The position numbers and the translations under genes were made by a program. Positions 10,301-19,321 of a stretch of 45,962 bases of DNA are shown here, piece by piece (within the stretch, counting starts at the first letter, position 1; each line of letters begins with the position of its first letter). Origin of the DNA: a virus (lineage: Duplodnaviria > Caudoviricetes); IMG/VR virus record IMGVR_UViG_3300042938_001691, positions 1 to 45,962 of that record; one strand, given 5' to 3'. The notes beneath the pieces were generated by a model. It did no database searches. It saw nothing but the letters and a program-made list of their open reading frames with translations, and was not told where the DNA came from.

Positions 10301-11187
10301 GCCGTTTTATAGGTTCCATAAATAGCAACCAAATCAAAAAGCACTTTTCCTACGGTTTCGTAGTTTTCTACTAAAACATTCAAACCAGAAATTCCATCAG
10401 AAATAATACCCTCGTTGCTTTGACCGATAGAATTAAGCATTCTGTCAAAAGCATCTTTAAGGTTGCTGATTTGTCCAGTAATTGTTAATGATTGTTTTTC
10501 CATTAAATTGAAAAACATACCACCTTCATTAGTCAAGTTTTGGATTACTTTTTGAACCTCTGGGAATCCTATTTTTCCATTTTCAACCATTTTAGAAATC
10601 TCGCTGTCAGCAACTCCCATTGATTTCGCAAGTTCACTTATAATTGGAAGCCCTGCTTCGGTGAATTGACGTAAATCATCTCCCATCAATCTGCCTTTTG
10701 CCTTTACCTGACCGTAAACAAGAATAAGTCTGCTTAAAGGAACAGAAACACCTGCTGCTATATTTCCAAGCCTTGTAACGGTTTCATTTACATCTTCAGC
10801 AGCTACCTGATAGGCAAGCAACTGTTTTGCTCCTTGCGCAACTTCTGTAAGTGTGAAAGGTGTTCTTGCTGCCGTTTCTACAATTTGAGCCATTAAGTTG
10901 TCAGCCTTTTCCTTACTTCCAAGCATGGTTGTAAAAGCAACATCAAGCTGTTGAAATTCACCTGTAACTGTCAAAATTTGCTTCCCTAGCATTCCGACAA
11001 AAGCAGTTCCACCAATAGCAGCTAACGCAGCACCAAAGCCATTAAAACTGCTTTCAGCTCTTTTGCCCTCACTTATTGCCGTATCTGTTAATCCTTTTAT
11101 CCTTCGTTCAGCTTCTAGTGCAGTTGTTTGAAGTCTTGTATTGTTTAAATAGAAATCAAATGCTAATGATCCGTTATCTGTATTCAT
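7351..11187 (-). CDS. tail tape measure protein
   Basis: 1278 aa, helical Ala/Lys/Glu-rich; tape-measure motif FTTMLGS...AARTPF...LGNIAAG...YGQVKAKG; hydrophobic segments; follows tail chaperone. Confidence 0.93.
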   Translation of the reverse strand: MNTDNGSLAFDFYLNNTRLQTTALEAERRIKGLTDTAISEGKRAESSFNGFGAALAAIGGTAFVGMLGKQILTVTGEFQQLDVAFTTMLGSKEKADNLMAQIVETAARTPFTLTEVAQGAKQLLAYQVAAEDVNETVTRLGNIAAGVSVPLSRLILVYGQVKAKGRLMGDDLRQFTEAGLPIISELAKSMGVADSEISKMVENGKIGFPEVQKVIQNLTNEGGMFFNLMEKQSLTITGQISNLKDAFDRMLNSIGQSNEGIISDGISGLNVLVENYETVGKVLFDLVAIYGTYKTAIIVANAVSVLQKEIAFQQILANIGNTGSTITLTTAEGLAAVVKSRLTAAQLALNSSMLANPYALAIAALVGLAVVIYQVTTAQTEAEKTQERYNAAIEESNKKIDDEKSKSASLISIINDESNSREYRNQKLKQLIALSPEHLSNLTLENIKTNDGKAAIDAYIVSLEKKIKMQTLESELTESIKRSQTAEGGKENLDFLDKTKAAAGSFFGISEEDDLRKEYSAKNNKAVIDAEKQLQKKIKAEISQATGSNKNVGKENADVVINAKYWEEQVKSAKESLDSLNTNSKTYSGDRKKLLGEIRQGEAELKKIRGEKPKKSTIVKDTNDFDQAKIDAQKKAISEEQSILRKGIEEKIQLLDIDLKQQDLSYQAEQDLLKKRTEAKKELIDFDLKQTLKGIDEEQTAFEKKAKKAGIKNPDVSSFTSIRKSANTKSDNEKKALDVVDVEAEKQRLQALLKEFESFEASRKAINEKYNKDRETLVDSKKIPGADSSKIDSSIQVLDQYNSDVNADIDAQIAEKEIMFRGFMDMISAMGLREVENALQNANDAIRNSNGTDEEKAVLRAKLKALQQRLKEVSTNNGKDSKADVITNAGLEKSKKTVDVLKAVNQEIGQVINSFEGMDDGTKLALNAAQNITGAVLVAISGIIALSKVGAEAIKGVERASVILAIIGAAIAVVTAVVNLIGGNKNKKIDREIQGYTNNVELLTIAYDNLGRAIDKALTGDKFKLQKESIENLKKQQLEYPKMIEAERGRKKADDGKIKEYEQAIRDSANAIEDTINKMREDILGMDVSSAAKDLGSAIIDAFTAGEDAAAAWGKKVDAIVGDVIRKMLIQKLIEQPVGSIINKYMAKWVDGDGNFLGIDSVITSAIAMGNELTAIGPGLSAALGALPEDIKKYITGDAAEGSNRTALSGAVKSVSEDTAGIISGQMNAMRINQIESISIIRQQLLSLNQIAINTDNLNGILSAMNTLVNGGRAHGLW

Positions 11188-11191
11188 TTTG

Positions 11192-11420
11192 TTATCCCAT
11201 TGTGTTAATAAAGCTCATGATGTTTCCTGCGTTTTCCTTGTTCAATTTCACCTTTTCCTCTTTGTCTTTATCGTCATAATCGTATGACGGTAAATCGATC
11301 ATGATTCGCTGTACAATCGCCCAAGATATGCCGTTGTGTAGATATTCCCATGTCCAGCCAAAGTGAGCGCAAATCGATCCCCTACGGCCATACGGACTGT
11401 TTAATCCACGTTGTTTTCCT
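11192..11420 (-). CDS. tail assembly chaperone C-terminal extension (gpGT-like, probable -1 frameshift product); 5' boundary approximate
   Basis: the -1 frame is open across the upstream stop and reads GLNSPYGRRGSICAHFGWTWEYLHNGISWAIVQRIMIDLPSY...NTMG*, ending 4 nt before the TMP start. Confidence 0.7.
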
Positions 11421-11967
11421 CTACCCGAATCGGCATCGTCGTCCTCGCTGCGGACATCAATCGAATAGAGTTCGTAAAATCCCCAAGATTGGATATTGTG
11501 TTGACTAGGATAGCCAACTGCAATAATTTTGAAGGTTTTATGTTTAGAAAGAAAAGTTCAGTCAGTTCGTTAAGACGTTTATCGTCACATTTATAACTAT
11601 ATTTTGAACCTTTCTTTTTTGCTTTTATATAATCTTGACCCAATACTGCAAGTGCAATTATTCTAGCTAAATTGGTACCGTATTCATTTGACATTTTTTT
11701 TGCTTCCTGAACTCCTGATTCAGAAGACATAATTGCTTCATCGATTTTAAGCTGGATCTGTTCCGATGATAAACGATCTAATGTTGAAAGCGTTGGTTCC
11801 TTAATAGTAAACTCTAGCTTTTCTGTTTTTGCGTATCTCTTTTTAAATATGCCAAGGATTCCATTTTGGCGTAGGTGTATTGTTCTTTCAATATCGAAAT
11901 TAACTCCTTTGTCAATCAGTAGGTTAAGTTCGCTTTTTTCTGAATTCAATGTATTCTCTATATTCAT
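11401..11967 (-). CDS. tail assembly chaperone (gpG-like)
   Basis: position between major tail protein and TMP, with an overlapping -1 frame. Confidence 0.75.
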   Translation of the reverse strand: MNIENTLNSEKSELNLLIDKGVNFDIERTIHLRQNGILGIFKKRYAKTEKLEFTIKEPTLSTLDRLSSEQIQLKIDEAIMSSESGVQEAKKMSNEYGTNLARIIALAVLGQDYIKAKKKGSKYSYKCDDKRLNELTELFFLNIKPSKLLQLAILVNTISNLGDFTNSIRLMSAARTTMPIRVEENNVD

Positions 11968-11984
11968 TTTGTTACGGTTGTTTT

Positions 11985-12019
11985 AAAAAAGCCCCGAAAT
12001 CTTGCAATCCGAGGCTTTT
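11985..12019 (-). terminator. intrinsic terminator after major tail gene
   Basis: aaaaagccccg...cgaggcttttt inverted repeat, T-run on minus strand. Confidence 0.7.
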
Positions 12020-12043
12020 AATTACTAATTGAATTTCAATTTA

Positions 12044-12529
12044 CTAATCTCCGTCATAAGCCAATATTGACTTACCAGCAGTTACAGCCATAGGTGTAAC
12101 AGTAAAGTCAACAAGGAAAATTCCTTTCATGCTGAATTCAGCATTTACAACAGCGTCAATATCGGCATTCGGAATGTCGATAAAATGTCCTTGTTCTGTT
12201 TCTATTCTGATTGCTTTGTTTTCAACAGTTTCATCACCGTTAAAACCCCAAATACCACCTGTATTTGTTCCACCAACATAGTCAGTCAAAAGATCAGAAT
12301 CTGGATCCATAATTGAGAAAGTCAATACAGGTACTTTCTTTTGTTTTTTACGAACCTCTGGTGCCGCTTTACCTTCTTCAAAATGTTCTGTAACATCAGA
12401 AGAAGCCTGTGCTAATTTGCAAGAATCTTTATATGTCTTGCCTATTTTTGTCAAAGTTGTAGGCATTTCGCCTGATGCAGATGCTAGACCAACTTTAATT
12501 TGTGATAATCCTAGAGTGATTAAAGCCAT
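12044..12529 (-). CDS. major tail tube protein
   Basis: 161 aa, beta-rich, synteny, followed by terminator and chaperone. Confidence 0.75.
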   Translation of the reverse strand: MALITLGLSQIKVGLASASGEMPTTLTKIGKTYKDSCKLAQASSDVTEHFEEGKAAPEVRKKQKKVPVLTFSIMDPDSDLLTDYVGGTNTGGIWGFNGDETVENKAIRIETEQGHFIDIPNADIDAVVNAEFSMKGIFLVDFTVTPMAVTAGKSILAYDGD

Positions 12530-12548
12530 AATGTTTAATTTTTTTTTG

Positions 12549-12956
12549 TTAATGAATAAACCAATTAATTCTAATGTTTACATAATGTTGTGTTGTTTCC
12601 TGCTCTTGAATCATTGTTTGATTTTCGATAGTGAAACCAACTCCTGTAATTTTTCCAGCTCTTATAGCATTAAAAACAAGTTGTGAAATCGCTTTCAATC
12701 TTGTTCTGTTAGCTACTTTTTGCTGAACACCTCCAATAGTAACAGACTGATCTGATACATGTATGTTGATGTTTGAGGTGCCTATCTGTGGCTCGAATTC
12801 CTGCGTTAAGGCGATAGTATTAATCGTAATATCTTCAAGCTTAGAATTCAAAGGACGTTGACCGGCATAGATACCACCGTTAATGGCCGAAGTTATCTCT
12901 GAAGATCCTTTCAGTATTCCAAATAAATAAGTGTCTGTGTCGAAAGTTTGTTTCAT
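12549..12956 (-). CDS. tail terminator / tail completion protein
   Basis: size and synteny immediately before the tail tube gene. Confidence 0.6.
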   Translation of the reverse strand: MKQTFDTDTYLFGILKGSSEITSAINGGIYAGQRPLNSKLEDITINTIALTQEFEPQIGTSNINIHVSDQSVTIGGVQQKVANRTRLKAISQLVFNAIRAGKITGVGFTIENQTMIQEQETTQHYVNIRINWFIH

Positions 12957-12957
12957 T

Positions 12958-13413
12958 TTATTCTAATGCTGAATTGATATTATTTTTTAATTCTGCCAAT
13001 ATTTTTGGCATTTCCTGTTTCGCAAATAATTCTGTCGATGTAAGAACGTCACGCCCTTTTGCTTCCACATGAAGCGCGTAGTTCATTCCAGCAACTACAA
13101 CTAAACAAATCCCTTCATTATACTTTGAACCTGCCTTTATAGCAACTGAGCGACCTTGATTTGTTCCTGTTGATCCTGTACCTACCTGTTCAAATGATTG
13201 ATGCAGAGCGATACCGTTTTTAAATAGAATATATCCAACCGATGAACGAAGATTTCCTGTTTGATCCATATAATCACCATTCATTCTTGCATTTCTTACG
13301 CACTGTTCCCCAAGGTATTGAAGCCTTTGTATTTGACGTTTTTCTATTACCTTAATGAAGTTATCAATTCGGGCTTTTATTTCTGCCTGTGTGAATTGTG
13401 GTATTAAAGCCAT
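12958..13413 (-). CDS. neck protein (HK97 gp10-like)
   Basis: DQTGNLRSS and GMNYALHVE motifs. Confidence 0.75.
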   Translation of the reverse strand: MALIPQFTQAEIKARIDNFIKVIEKRQIQRLQYLGEQCVRNARMNGDYMDQTGNLRSSVGYILFKNGIALHQSFEQVGTGSTGTNQGRSVAIKAGSKYNEGICLVVVAGMNYALHVEAKGRDVLTSTELFAKQEMPKILAELKNNINSALE

Positions 13414-13733
13414 AACCTATTGTGTAATTGACCAACATCGTACTTCAATATCTGTCCTTTTATCCTAGTTGTTCCTGTTGAAATATCCGTTTCTGAAACA
13501 AGTACTTCTGTGCCTTCGCTTAATCTTATTGCCGTTAATGGCAAATGAATTAAAGACGAAAAGACGATTGCTTTTCCATCCTGACCATTTACAAGAGATC
13601 CTTTACCGTTTGTTTGTTCCCGACAAATAGAATGTAACACCCAACTTTCACTTTCAGTTGACCAATTACCTGAATCGTCTTGCGTTGATTCTGCAACTTT
13701 TTTCATAAATAAAAAGTGTGGATATTGATTCAT
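13404..13733 (-). CDS. head closure / head-tail connector protein
   Basis: QDDSGNW motif; synteny. Confidence 0.6.
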   Translation of the reverse strand: MNQYPHFLFMKKVAESTQDDSGNWSTESESWVLHSICREQTNGKGSLVNGQDGKAIVFSSLIHLPLTAIRLSEGTEVLVSETDISTGTTRIKGQILKYDVGQLHNRLWL

Positions 13734-13734
13734 T

Positions 13735-14049
13735 TTACCAGTAATTTGAACGGTTGCGAATTGTTGCTTGTGGCTTCAAAGGATTCTCGATGCCATACTT
13801 TACAAATATGCCTCCTGCTAGATCAATCAAAGCATTTTTTTCAGTAGCCGAAACACTAAAATCACCTTCTGAAAGGTTTGCAGAACTAACAATCAAAACG
13901 TACAAAGCAGCAGTTGCCAATTCAAATGCTTGTGTTGTTCCTGTATAGGTATCTGAATCATTCAAGCCGTTATCAATCAAAATCTTTTGAAGTTTAATTG
14001 TATCGACTGGATAATTACATGATGCTGAAAGTGCTTCTAAGTTTGTCAT
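13735..14049 (-). CDS. head-tail adaptor protein
   Basis: 104 aa directly after the capsid gene; SEGDFSVS motif. Confidence 0.6.
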   Translation of the reverse strand: MTNLEALSASCNYPVDTIKLQKILIDNGLNDSDTYTGTTQAFELATAALYVLIVSSANLSEGDFSVSATEKNALIDLAGGIFVKYGIENPLKPQATIRNRSNYW

Positions 14050-14066
14050 TGCTTGTTCAAAGTTTT

Positions 14067-14094
14067 AAAAAGGGTGCCGAATTCGACACCCTTT
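14067..14094 (-). terminator. intrinsic terminator after major capsid gene
   Basis: aaagggtg-ccgaattcga-cacccttt hairpin with T-run on minus strand. Confidence 0.8.
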
Positions 14095-14100
14095 CAATTA

Positions 14101-15195
14101 CTATTTATTCCAGCTTGTAGCGCTAGTTTGAAGCAATACTGAACGTCCTGCCAAGTTCCACGCTGGGAAAATGTTTGCAATACCTTCTGTAACTTCTTTT
14201 ACTGGGCTTTCTTCGGAATACTTTTTAATCAAAGTATGTGCGTTCATAACCTTCATAGCAGAAGAGTTTTGAAGGTTCATATCGATTGGACGTTTCCAGT
14301 GTGTTTTTCCAAGAGTTTTAGATTCAGAGAAAAGAACAACGTCATTTTCGAATGGATTTCCTGTAGCACGGCTACCATCTGCCAATTCGATTGTGATGTC
14401 CTGGTCAACTTCAATGATTTGTAAACCATTGAAAGCTACTCTACGAGTAAGCATTGAGTTTACATCTTCCAAAGCAGGTGTTTGAGCCATACCGGAAAGG
14501 TTTGACAAGTAAGACGCACACAACTTAATTGCTTCGTCGGTTTGAACCAATTTAGCTAATGTAGCAGTGTTCATGAAAGCATACTTGTAAGTAACACCAA
14601 CAAGTTTACCAGCAGCAACGGCAGCAGGAAAATCTTTCGAGAAAGGTTTCGCACTTGCAACAGTGTCCCAGATAACATTGGCACCAATTTTCTGAGTAGT
14701 TGGGATTTGATAATCCACGTTGTACTCTGTGATAACACCTGCGTTGTTCGCGTTAGTGAAAGTCAATTTTCCAAGTGAGATTTGTTTCAAAGCCATCCAT
14801 TCAGCACGAGCTGCAACACCTGTCCATACGAAAGCTGTATCTTCAGCCCAGAATTCAACTAAGGCTTTCAAATCAGGGTTTGTACTAGCCATAGCCAACA
14901 TGATGTCGTATTCCGTTAACTCGTCTTCAAGTTTTTCACGAGAAATAGAGATCTTCGGAATATCACCCTGGATTCTGCTGATTGCTTCACGGGTTTTTTT
15001 CGGGATTGTAGATCCACGACTCACAAGGTCGGCAGCTATTTTCAAGCCTGATTGTCCTTCGAGCATTTTCCAAGTTAGAAACGGTGTTTCTGTTAATGGA
15101 AATAACGTTGGGTAGTAATAAGGTTTCAAGTCGTATGTGTTAACAACCGCTTGCATATCCTTTTCGTTCAACCCTTGCATTAATGATTTTTGCAT
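14101..15195 (-). CDS. major capsid protein (lambda gpE-like family)
   Basis: 364 aa; YYPTLFP, IQGDIPKI, ARAEWMALKQISLG motifs; follows scaffold and decoration genes; terminator downstream. Confidence 0.85.
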   Translation of the reverse strand: MQKSLMQGLNEKDMQAVVNTYDLKPYYYPTLFPLTETPFLTWKMLEGQSGLKIAADLVSRGSTIPKKTREAISRIQGDIPKISISREKLEDELTEYDIMLAMASTNPDLKALVEFWAEDTAFVWTGVAARAEWMALKQISLGKLTFTNANNAGVITEYNVDYQIPTTQKIGANVIWDTVASAKPFSKDFPAAVAAGKLVGVTYKYAFMNTATLAKLVQTDEAIKLCASYLSNLSGMAQTPALEDVNSMLTRRVAFNGLQIIEVDQDITIELADGSRATGNPFENDVVLFSESKTLGKTHWKRPIDMNLQNSSAMKVMNAHTLIKKYSEESPVKEVTEGIANIFPAWNLAGRSVLLQTSATSWNK

Positions 15196-15223
15196 GATAA
15201 TTTAGTTTTTAATGGTTAAACGA

Positions 15224-15799
15224 TTAAACGATGTAGTGAATTCCCTTCAACGTCGCTGTTAATGTAGCATTTACAGACGGAGCATTTCCTGCTTCTACGA
15301 CAGCAATTAACCAAGCATCAACGAACAAGCTTTCACTTGCAACAACGTCGTAGTTAGATCCTGCGATTGCAGTAGGAACATGTGCCAAAACTTTGTTTGC
15401 ACCAGTAGATTCAAAAGCAACTACACCAGATGCTATTACAACTCCTAGAGTAGTTCCAACAGTTATAACGTCTTTGTCTGTGTTAGTAGTTTTGTCGATG
15501 GCAGTAATTAACTGTCCATTTGCACCTTCAGTAGCGAATCTATCGCCTACTTTGAAGTGAGATCCTTTTTCAACATCGTAAGTTACTGCACTATTTGTTG
15601 CAGCAGTTACAATTTTTGCAGTCTTGCACACGTGGTACAATCCATCTGCAACATTATAAGCCAACGGTGTGGCTTCTTTTAGAGCAGTACCACCAATATC
15701 AGCAACCGAAACGGTTACACCTCCTGGAATGTCTGCTACACGGCTAGTGATAGCTTTGATTACTCTGCTATCTGCGCTTCTTGTGATTTTTAAAGCCAT
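15224..15799 (-). CDS. head decoration / cement protein
   Basis: DIPGGVTV motif; lies between scaffold and capsid genes. Confidence 0.65.
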   Translation of the reverse strand: MALKITRSADSRVIKAITSRVADIPGGVTVSVADIGGTALKEATPLAYNVADGLYHVCKTAKIVTAATNSAVTYDVEKGSHFKVGDRFATEGANGQLITAIDKTTNTDKDVITVGTTLGVVIASGVVAFESTGANKVLAHVPTAIAGSNYDVVASESLFVDAWLIAVVEAGNAPSVNATLTATLKGIHYIV

Positions 15800-15830
15800 T
15801 TGCTTTTTAAGTTTTTAGTTTAACAATGAT

Positions 15831-16523
15831 TTACAATTCTTTGCCTGTAAAGGTTTTGTTGTCTTCTGTTTTGCTTGTAATAAACGAAGCAACGCTTGAA
15901 GAGATCCCTTCTTTATTTTGGCCGCCCATAAATGGTTTGCCGTGTCCAGAAAGCCCTTTGTCAGCTAGTTCCTGATTAAAAGCTGTAACGTCTGTTTCAA
16001 ATTCTTCCAAGTATTCATTGAAAGATTCGTCTGTGTCGAAATTCATTCGGCCAAAGTCTTTCAACTTCTGGGCTTTGAATGTTTCCGGTACGTTTACGAG
16101 TTTGCTTTCAAGAGATTGAAGCCTTGTTTTTGAAACTTCCTGACCTTTAAATCCTGCAAGCTGTTGCTGTAACGGATTAACCGCTTTTGCAATTTCGGCA
16201 GCAATAATAGCAGCGATGTCGGTTGGGTTCGGATTGCCTGGATTAGGATCTGTTTTCTCGTCTCCTTTCTTTTCAGTAAAATCAAACTTTTCCTTTAAGG
16301 TAGTTTCAAATGTTTTGTTTGCCACGGACACTTCTTTGTCCACATCTTTGCGAAAATCTTTTACGAAACTAGTTACCTGATCAGCGGTAAATTTTTCAAT
16401 AAGTTCATTCGCTTCTTCGTCGGTTGTAGCTTGCAATGACAATGCCAATGCTAATTGCGCCAATCCATCTTTTCGCACGCCTGAAAATTTGGCTAACAGT
16501 AATGCGAGAATTTTTTCTTTCAT
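15831..16523 (-). CDS. capsid scaffolding protein
   Basis: helical charged 230-aa protein with Pro/Asn linker, first gene of the capsid operon. Confidence 0.7.
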   Translation of the reverse strand: MKEKILALLLAKFSGVRKDGLAQLALALSLQATTDEEANELIEKFTADQVTSFVKDFRKDVDKEVSVANKTFETTLKEKFDFTEKKGDEKTDPNPGNPNPTDIAAIIAAEIAKAVNPLQQQLAGFKGQEVSKTRLQSLESKLVNVPETFKAQKLKDFGRMNFDTDESFNEYLEEFETDVTAFNQELADKGLSGHGKPFMGGQNKEGISSSVASFITSKTEDNKTFTGKEL

Positions 16524-16559
16524 GTGTTCAATGTTTTTTGTTTATAATCATAGAGGTAA

Positions 16560-16586
16560 CAAATGTATGTAGTATTACTGTGATAC
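16560..16586 (-). promoter_or_regulatory. capsid-operon promoter (-7 TACATTTG) with 15-bp palindrome upstream
   Basis: caaatgta 16560-16567; GTATTACTGTGATAC 16572-16586. Confidence 0.65.
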
Positions 16587-16696
16587 ACATTTGATTTCAT
16601 TACACTTATAAAATAGTTATTCAATTGTTTTTAGTTGTCAAATGTTAATTTTTTAAAGTTTTTTACATTTTTATACATTTGTATTAAATAAGTATG

Positions 16697-16723
16697 TATA
16701 TTTGCAAAGTATCAGAGTGATAC
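16697..16723 (+). promoter_or_regulatory. accessory-island promoter (-7 TATATTTG) with palindrome over the start site
   Basis: TATATTTG 16697-16704; GTATCAGAGTGATAC 16709-16723. Confidence 0.75.
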
Positions 16724-16749
16724 GCACTTAATTTAATACCGCAACAAAA

Positions 16750-17121
16750 ATGGAAATTACAGGTCAAGAAGTTTTAAAAAAACTAAACAACGAAATACCA
16801 AGCGTTGTTTTAGAAATTCCAATTCACTTCAGTCAATTTAAAGACAACTACGATTATGTATTAAAATACTATCTAAGTATTCATGAAAAAAATACAGAAT
16901 TAAGTTTTATTCAAGATTATATTTCAACATATAAAAAACTTATTTCTTTAATAAAAAATAAACTAAATCTCGAGAATCTTACTGAAATAGATAATGAAAT
17001 AATTCAATCACTTTCTGAAAAAGGATATTACTACGATTTGAAACTAAGTTTTAAATTAATAGTTGATTTTCTAAAATCTAAAGAAAGAGTTACGAAAATT
17101 GAATCTATAAAAAAATATTAA
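16750..17121 (+). CDS. hypothetical protein
   Basis: 123-aa ORF, ACCGCAAC motif 4 nt before ATG. Confidence 0.75.
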   Translation: MEITGQEVLKKLNNEIPSVVLEIPIHFSQFKDNYDYVLKYYLSIHEKNTELSFIQDYISTYKKLISLIKNKLNLENLTEIDNEIIQSLSEKGYYYDLKLSFKLIVDFLKSKERVTKIESIKKY

Positions 17122-17133
17122 AACCGCAACACA

Positions 17134-17511
17134 ATGAAAAATTTAAGAACAGTTCAGACAAGATTACAATCAACTTTAGAAAGCATCGAAAATGATATTA
17201 CACATGCAAAAAATAAGTTAGAAACAGACTTTACATACAACTTTGAATGGGGTTATTCAGATGAACTTTACAAATTAATTTGCCGTAAAAAATACCTTCA
17301 ACAAATACTTACTGAAATGGAAAATGTAAATGTATCGGCTGTTTTAAATCATCATATTGATAATTTAACAAAGAAAATTCTTTCTGGAAACTTTGGAACA
17401 TCATCATTGAGTTCATCAAATAATGCTCAGACACTTCGTAATCAAACAGACTGTAAGATCCTTTCATATTTGAAAGATCTACAAGAATACAATTCAGATA
17501 ACAATAATTAA
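17134..17511 (+). CDS. hypothetical protein
   Basis: 125-aa ORF, ACCGCAAC 3 nt before ATG. Confidence 0.75.
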   Translation: MKNLRTVQTRLQSTLESIENDITHAKNKLETDFTYNFEWGYSDELYKLICRKKYLQQILTEMENVNVSAVLNHHIDNLTKKILSGNFGTSSLSSSNNAQTLRNQTDCKILSYLKDLQEYNSDNNN

Positions 17512-17521
17512 AACCTCAACC

Positions 17522-17695
17522 ATGAAAGTTTCAGAAAAAAAAGCAACAGACTTAAAAAGACTTCAAGAAAGAATCAGATCAGGATTCAAGTATTTTAATG
17601 GAAAAGAAATAAACGAATCTTATATTCCTGAAACTATTGAAGGCTGTAAAGGTTACATCAAATTAATGGACACTAGATACGGATGGATCTGGTAA
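17522..17695 (+). CDS. small hypothetical protein, 57 aa (not in ORF track)
   Basis: MKVSEKKATDLKRLQERIRSGFKYF...YGWIW*; ACCTCAAC just before ATG. Confidence 0.7.
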   Translation: MKVSEKKATDLKRLQERIRSGFKYFNGKEINESYIPETIEGCKGYIKLMDTRYGWIW

Positions 17696-17752
17696 TATAG
17701 CTTGTAAAAAAAAACTAAAAAATCACTAAATTTTAATATTAAAACCGCAACC

Positions 17753-17842
17753 ATGAAAAAATCAACTCAAATTAAATTAGGCGTATTAATAGGATCTTAT
17801 TTTGCAATAAGAATACTTGTTCAAATAATCTTTAACGTTTAG
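17753..17842 (+). CDS. 29-aa putative single-pass membrane peptide (not in ORF track)
   Basis: MKKSTQIKLGVLIGSYFAIRILVQIIFNV*; ACCGCAAC 1 nt before ATG. Confidence 0.65.
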   Translation: MKKSTQIKLGVLIGSYFAIRILVQIIFNV

Positions 17843-17847
17843 GAATT

Positions 17848-18228
17848 ATGGCAGAATCTAAAATAAATGATCTTTTAAAAAACTGGGATAATTATAATGA
17901 ATTAGAAATGACCGAAGTACTTCGTGAATTTACTGACAATTATAATCCTTTTTTAGCAGAATTTGTCATAGAGCATTATCGTAAAGATGATTTTGAGAAG
18001 CAAATAAGAAACTTGAATAAAAAGTATTGGAAAACTAAAAAAACTCCAAAAGTAAAAATATTTCATGATAGAATTGGTGACGTGTTTTTTATTATAAATG
18101 GCAAAGAATATCCATTCAATCTTTTTAACAGCACATTTAGTAAAATATTAAGAATTTATCAATTAGGGAATGTTATTGATGATTTTGAAAAAGAAATTAA
18201 AAAAAACAGAAAAGATGGATCTGCATAA
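17848..18228 (+). CDS. hypothetical protein
   Basis: 126-aa ORF in packed operon. Confidence 0.7.
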   Translation: MAESKINDLLKNWDNYNELEMTEVLREFTDNYNPFLAEFVIEHYRKDDFEKQIRNLNKKYWKTKKTPKVKIFHDRIGDVFFIINGKEYPFNLFNSTFSKILRIYQLGNVIDDFEKEIKKNRKDGSA

Positions 18229-18376
18229 AATAATCAACACCAACAACAAGATACTTTTAAACATGCTGATTCCATCAAAACATTTACCGATCTACTGCAA
18301 CTCGGTAATTGATCCAAGAGCAGAAATATTTAATCAACCTTTAAAACAAAAAATAAAATGGACAAAATTGAAATAG
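18215..18376 (+). CDS. small hypothetical protein (start revised to ATG 18215)
   Basis: MDLHKIIN...; short overlaps with both neighbours. Confidence 0.5.
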   Translation: MDLHKIINTNNKILLNMLIPSKHLPIYCNSVIDPRAEIFNQPLKQKIKWTKLK

Positions 18377-18522
18377 TAAAAGAAAATGGAAAGTGGCTTG
18401 TAAACGGAAAGCCTTACGCTGAATTATCTTATACTGAAAAACTATTCTTTGACGAATTCCTTATAGCTATCAGGCTCGAAGATGGAATGAAGCAATATGA
18501 CAAAAATCTTAAATCTGAATAG
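18358..18522 (+). CDS. small hypothetical protein, 54 aa (not in ORF track)
   Basis: MDKIEIVKENGKWLVNGKPYAELSYTEKLFFDEFL...KSE*; fills the gap before 18525. Confidence 0.7.
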   Translation: MDKIEIVKENGKWLVNGKPYAELSYTEKLFFDEFLIAIRLEDGMKQYDKNLKSE

Positions 18523-18524
18523 TT

Positions 18525-19061
18525 ATGGACAACTCACCAAAAATTTACTTCCTAAAAAATAACGAAGGCAAGTTTTATAATTCAAGAAGCAAGACGTATT
18601 TTACTTTTGTTATTAACGCAAATTATGAGCGTGACAAAAGAATCCTTGAAGCCCTTATTGAACACAGGTTCAAAGATCACGAAGTTCATACGATTACTGA
18701 ACACGATTTCATGCAAGAAATGGCCTCACAGACGACCAATTGTGTTCTTGCAGGTGAATACTTCTCTGGATTACTTTTCAAGCTGTCTTGCGTGCTTCCT
18801 ACGGTTTCACAGGTAAACAAAACAATGTATCAGAAATGTAAATCAGCAATTGAAGCCTTAAAGCCTTTCACAAATATGCACAAAGACTTTATTAAAACTC
18901 AAGAGGATCAGACAGACGAAGTGCAAGGATATTATGCAGAGTACATTGCTGAGGTTTCAAAGGTTCCCATACATTACGCACATGAAGTAACGATGGTGCT
19001 TAAAGCCTATCAAAAAAACCGAGAAAGTGTCTTGGGAATAACTAAAAAAATACTAAAATAA
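18525..19061 (+). CDS. hypothetical protein
   Basis: 178-aa ORF, TAATG coupling to the next gene. Confidence 0.75.
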   Translation: MDNSPKIYFLKNNEGKFYNSRSKTYFTFVINANYERDKRILEALIEHRFKDHEVHTITEHDFMQEMASQTTNCVLAGEYFSGLLFKLSCVLPTVSQVNKTMYQKCKSAIEALKPFTNMHKDFIKTQEDQTDEVQGYYAEYIAEVSKVPIHYAHEVTMVLKAYQKNRESVLGITKKILK

Positions 19062-19321
19062 TGAAAACAAAAAACACAATAATTCACGTGGAATTTCACG
19101 AAGGACCAAGAAAAGGTGAGAACCACTATTTCGGTTCTATTACGGCCATCTTTGACAAGATACCTAAACACGAATTGAAGACTACTATTCAATCAATTTA
19201 TCGCTTCAATTTAAGTATTGGAAAGCCTTTCAAGAACAAAGTCTGTATAATCAGAAAAGACATTATCCACCGAAAGCCTGGGAACAGAACAGCTCCTGTT
19301 AAGATCCTACGAGTTATGTAA
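19061..19321 (+). CDS. hypothetical basic protein
   Basis: 86 aa, HYFGSITAIF motif, translationally coupled. Confidence 0.7.
   Translation: MKTKNTIIHVEFHEGPRKGENHYFGSITAIFDKIPKHELKTTIQSIYRFNLSIGKPFKNKVCIIRKDIIHRKPGNRTAPVKILRVM

Noticed and set aside
1150-15115. Numerous plus-strand and nested ORFs in the track overlapping tail and head genes (and similar ones within 21699-31849 and 36080-44327)
   Set aside because: They overlap long, motif-supported genes and lack plausible starts or recognisable motifs
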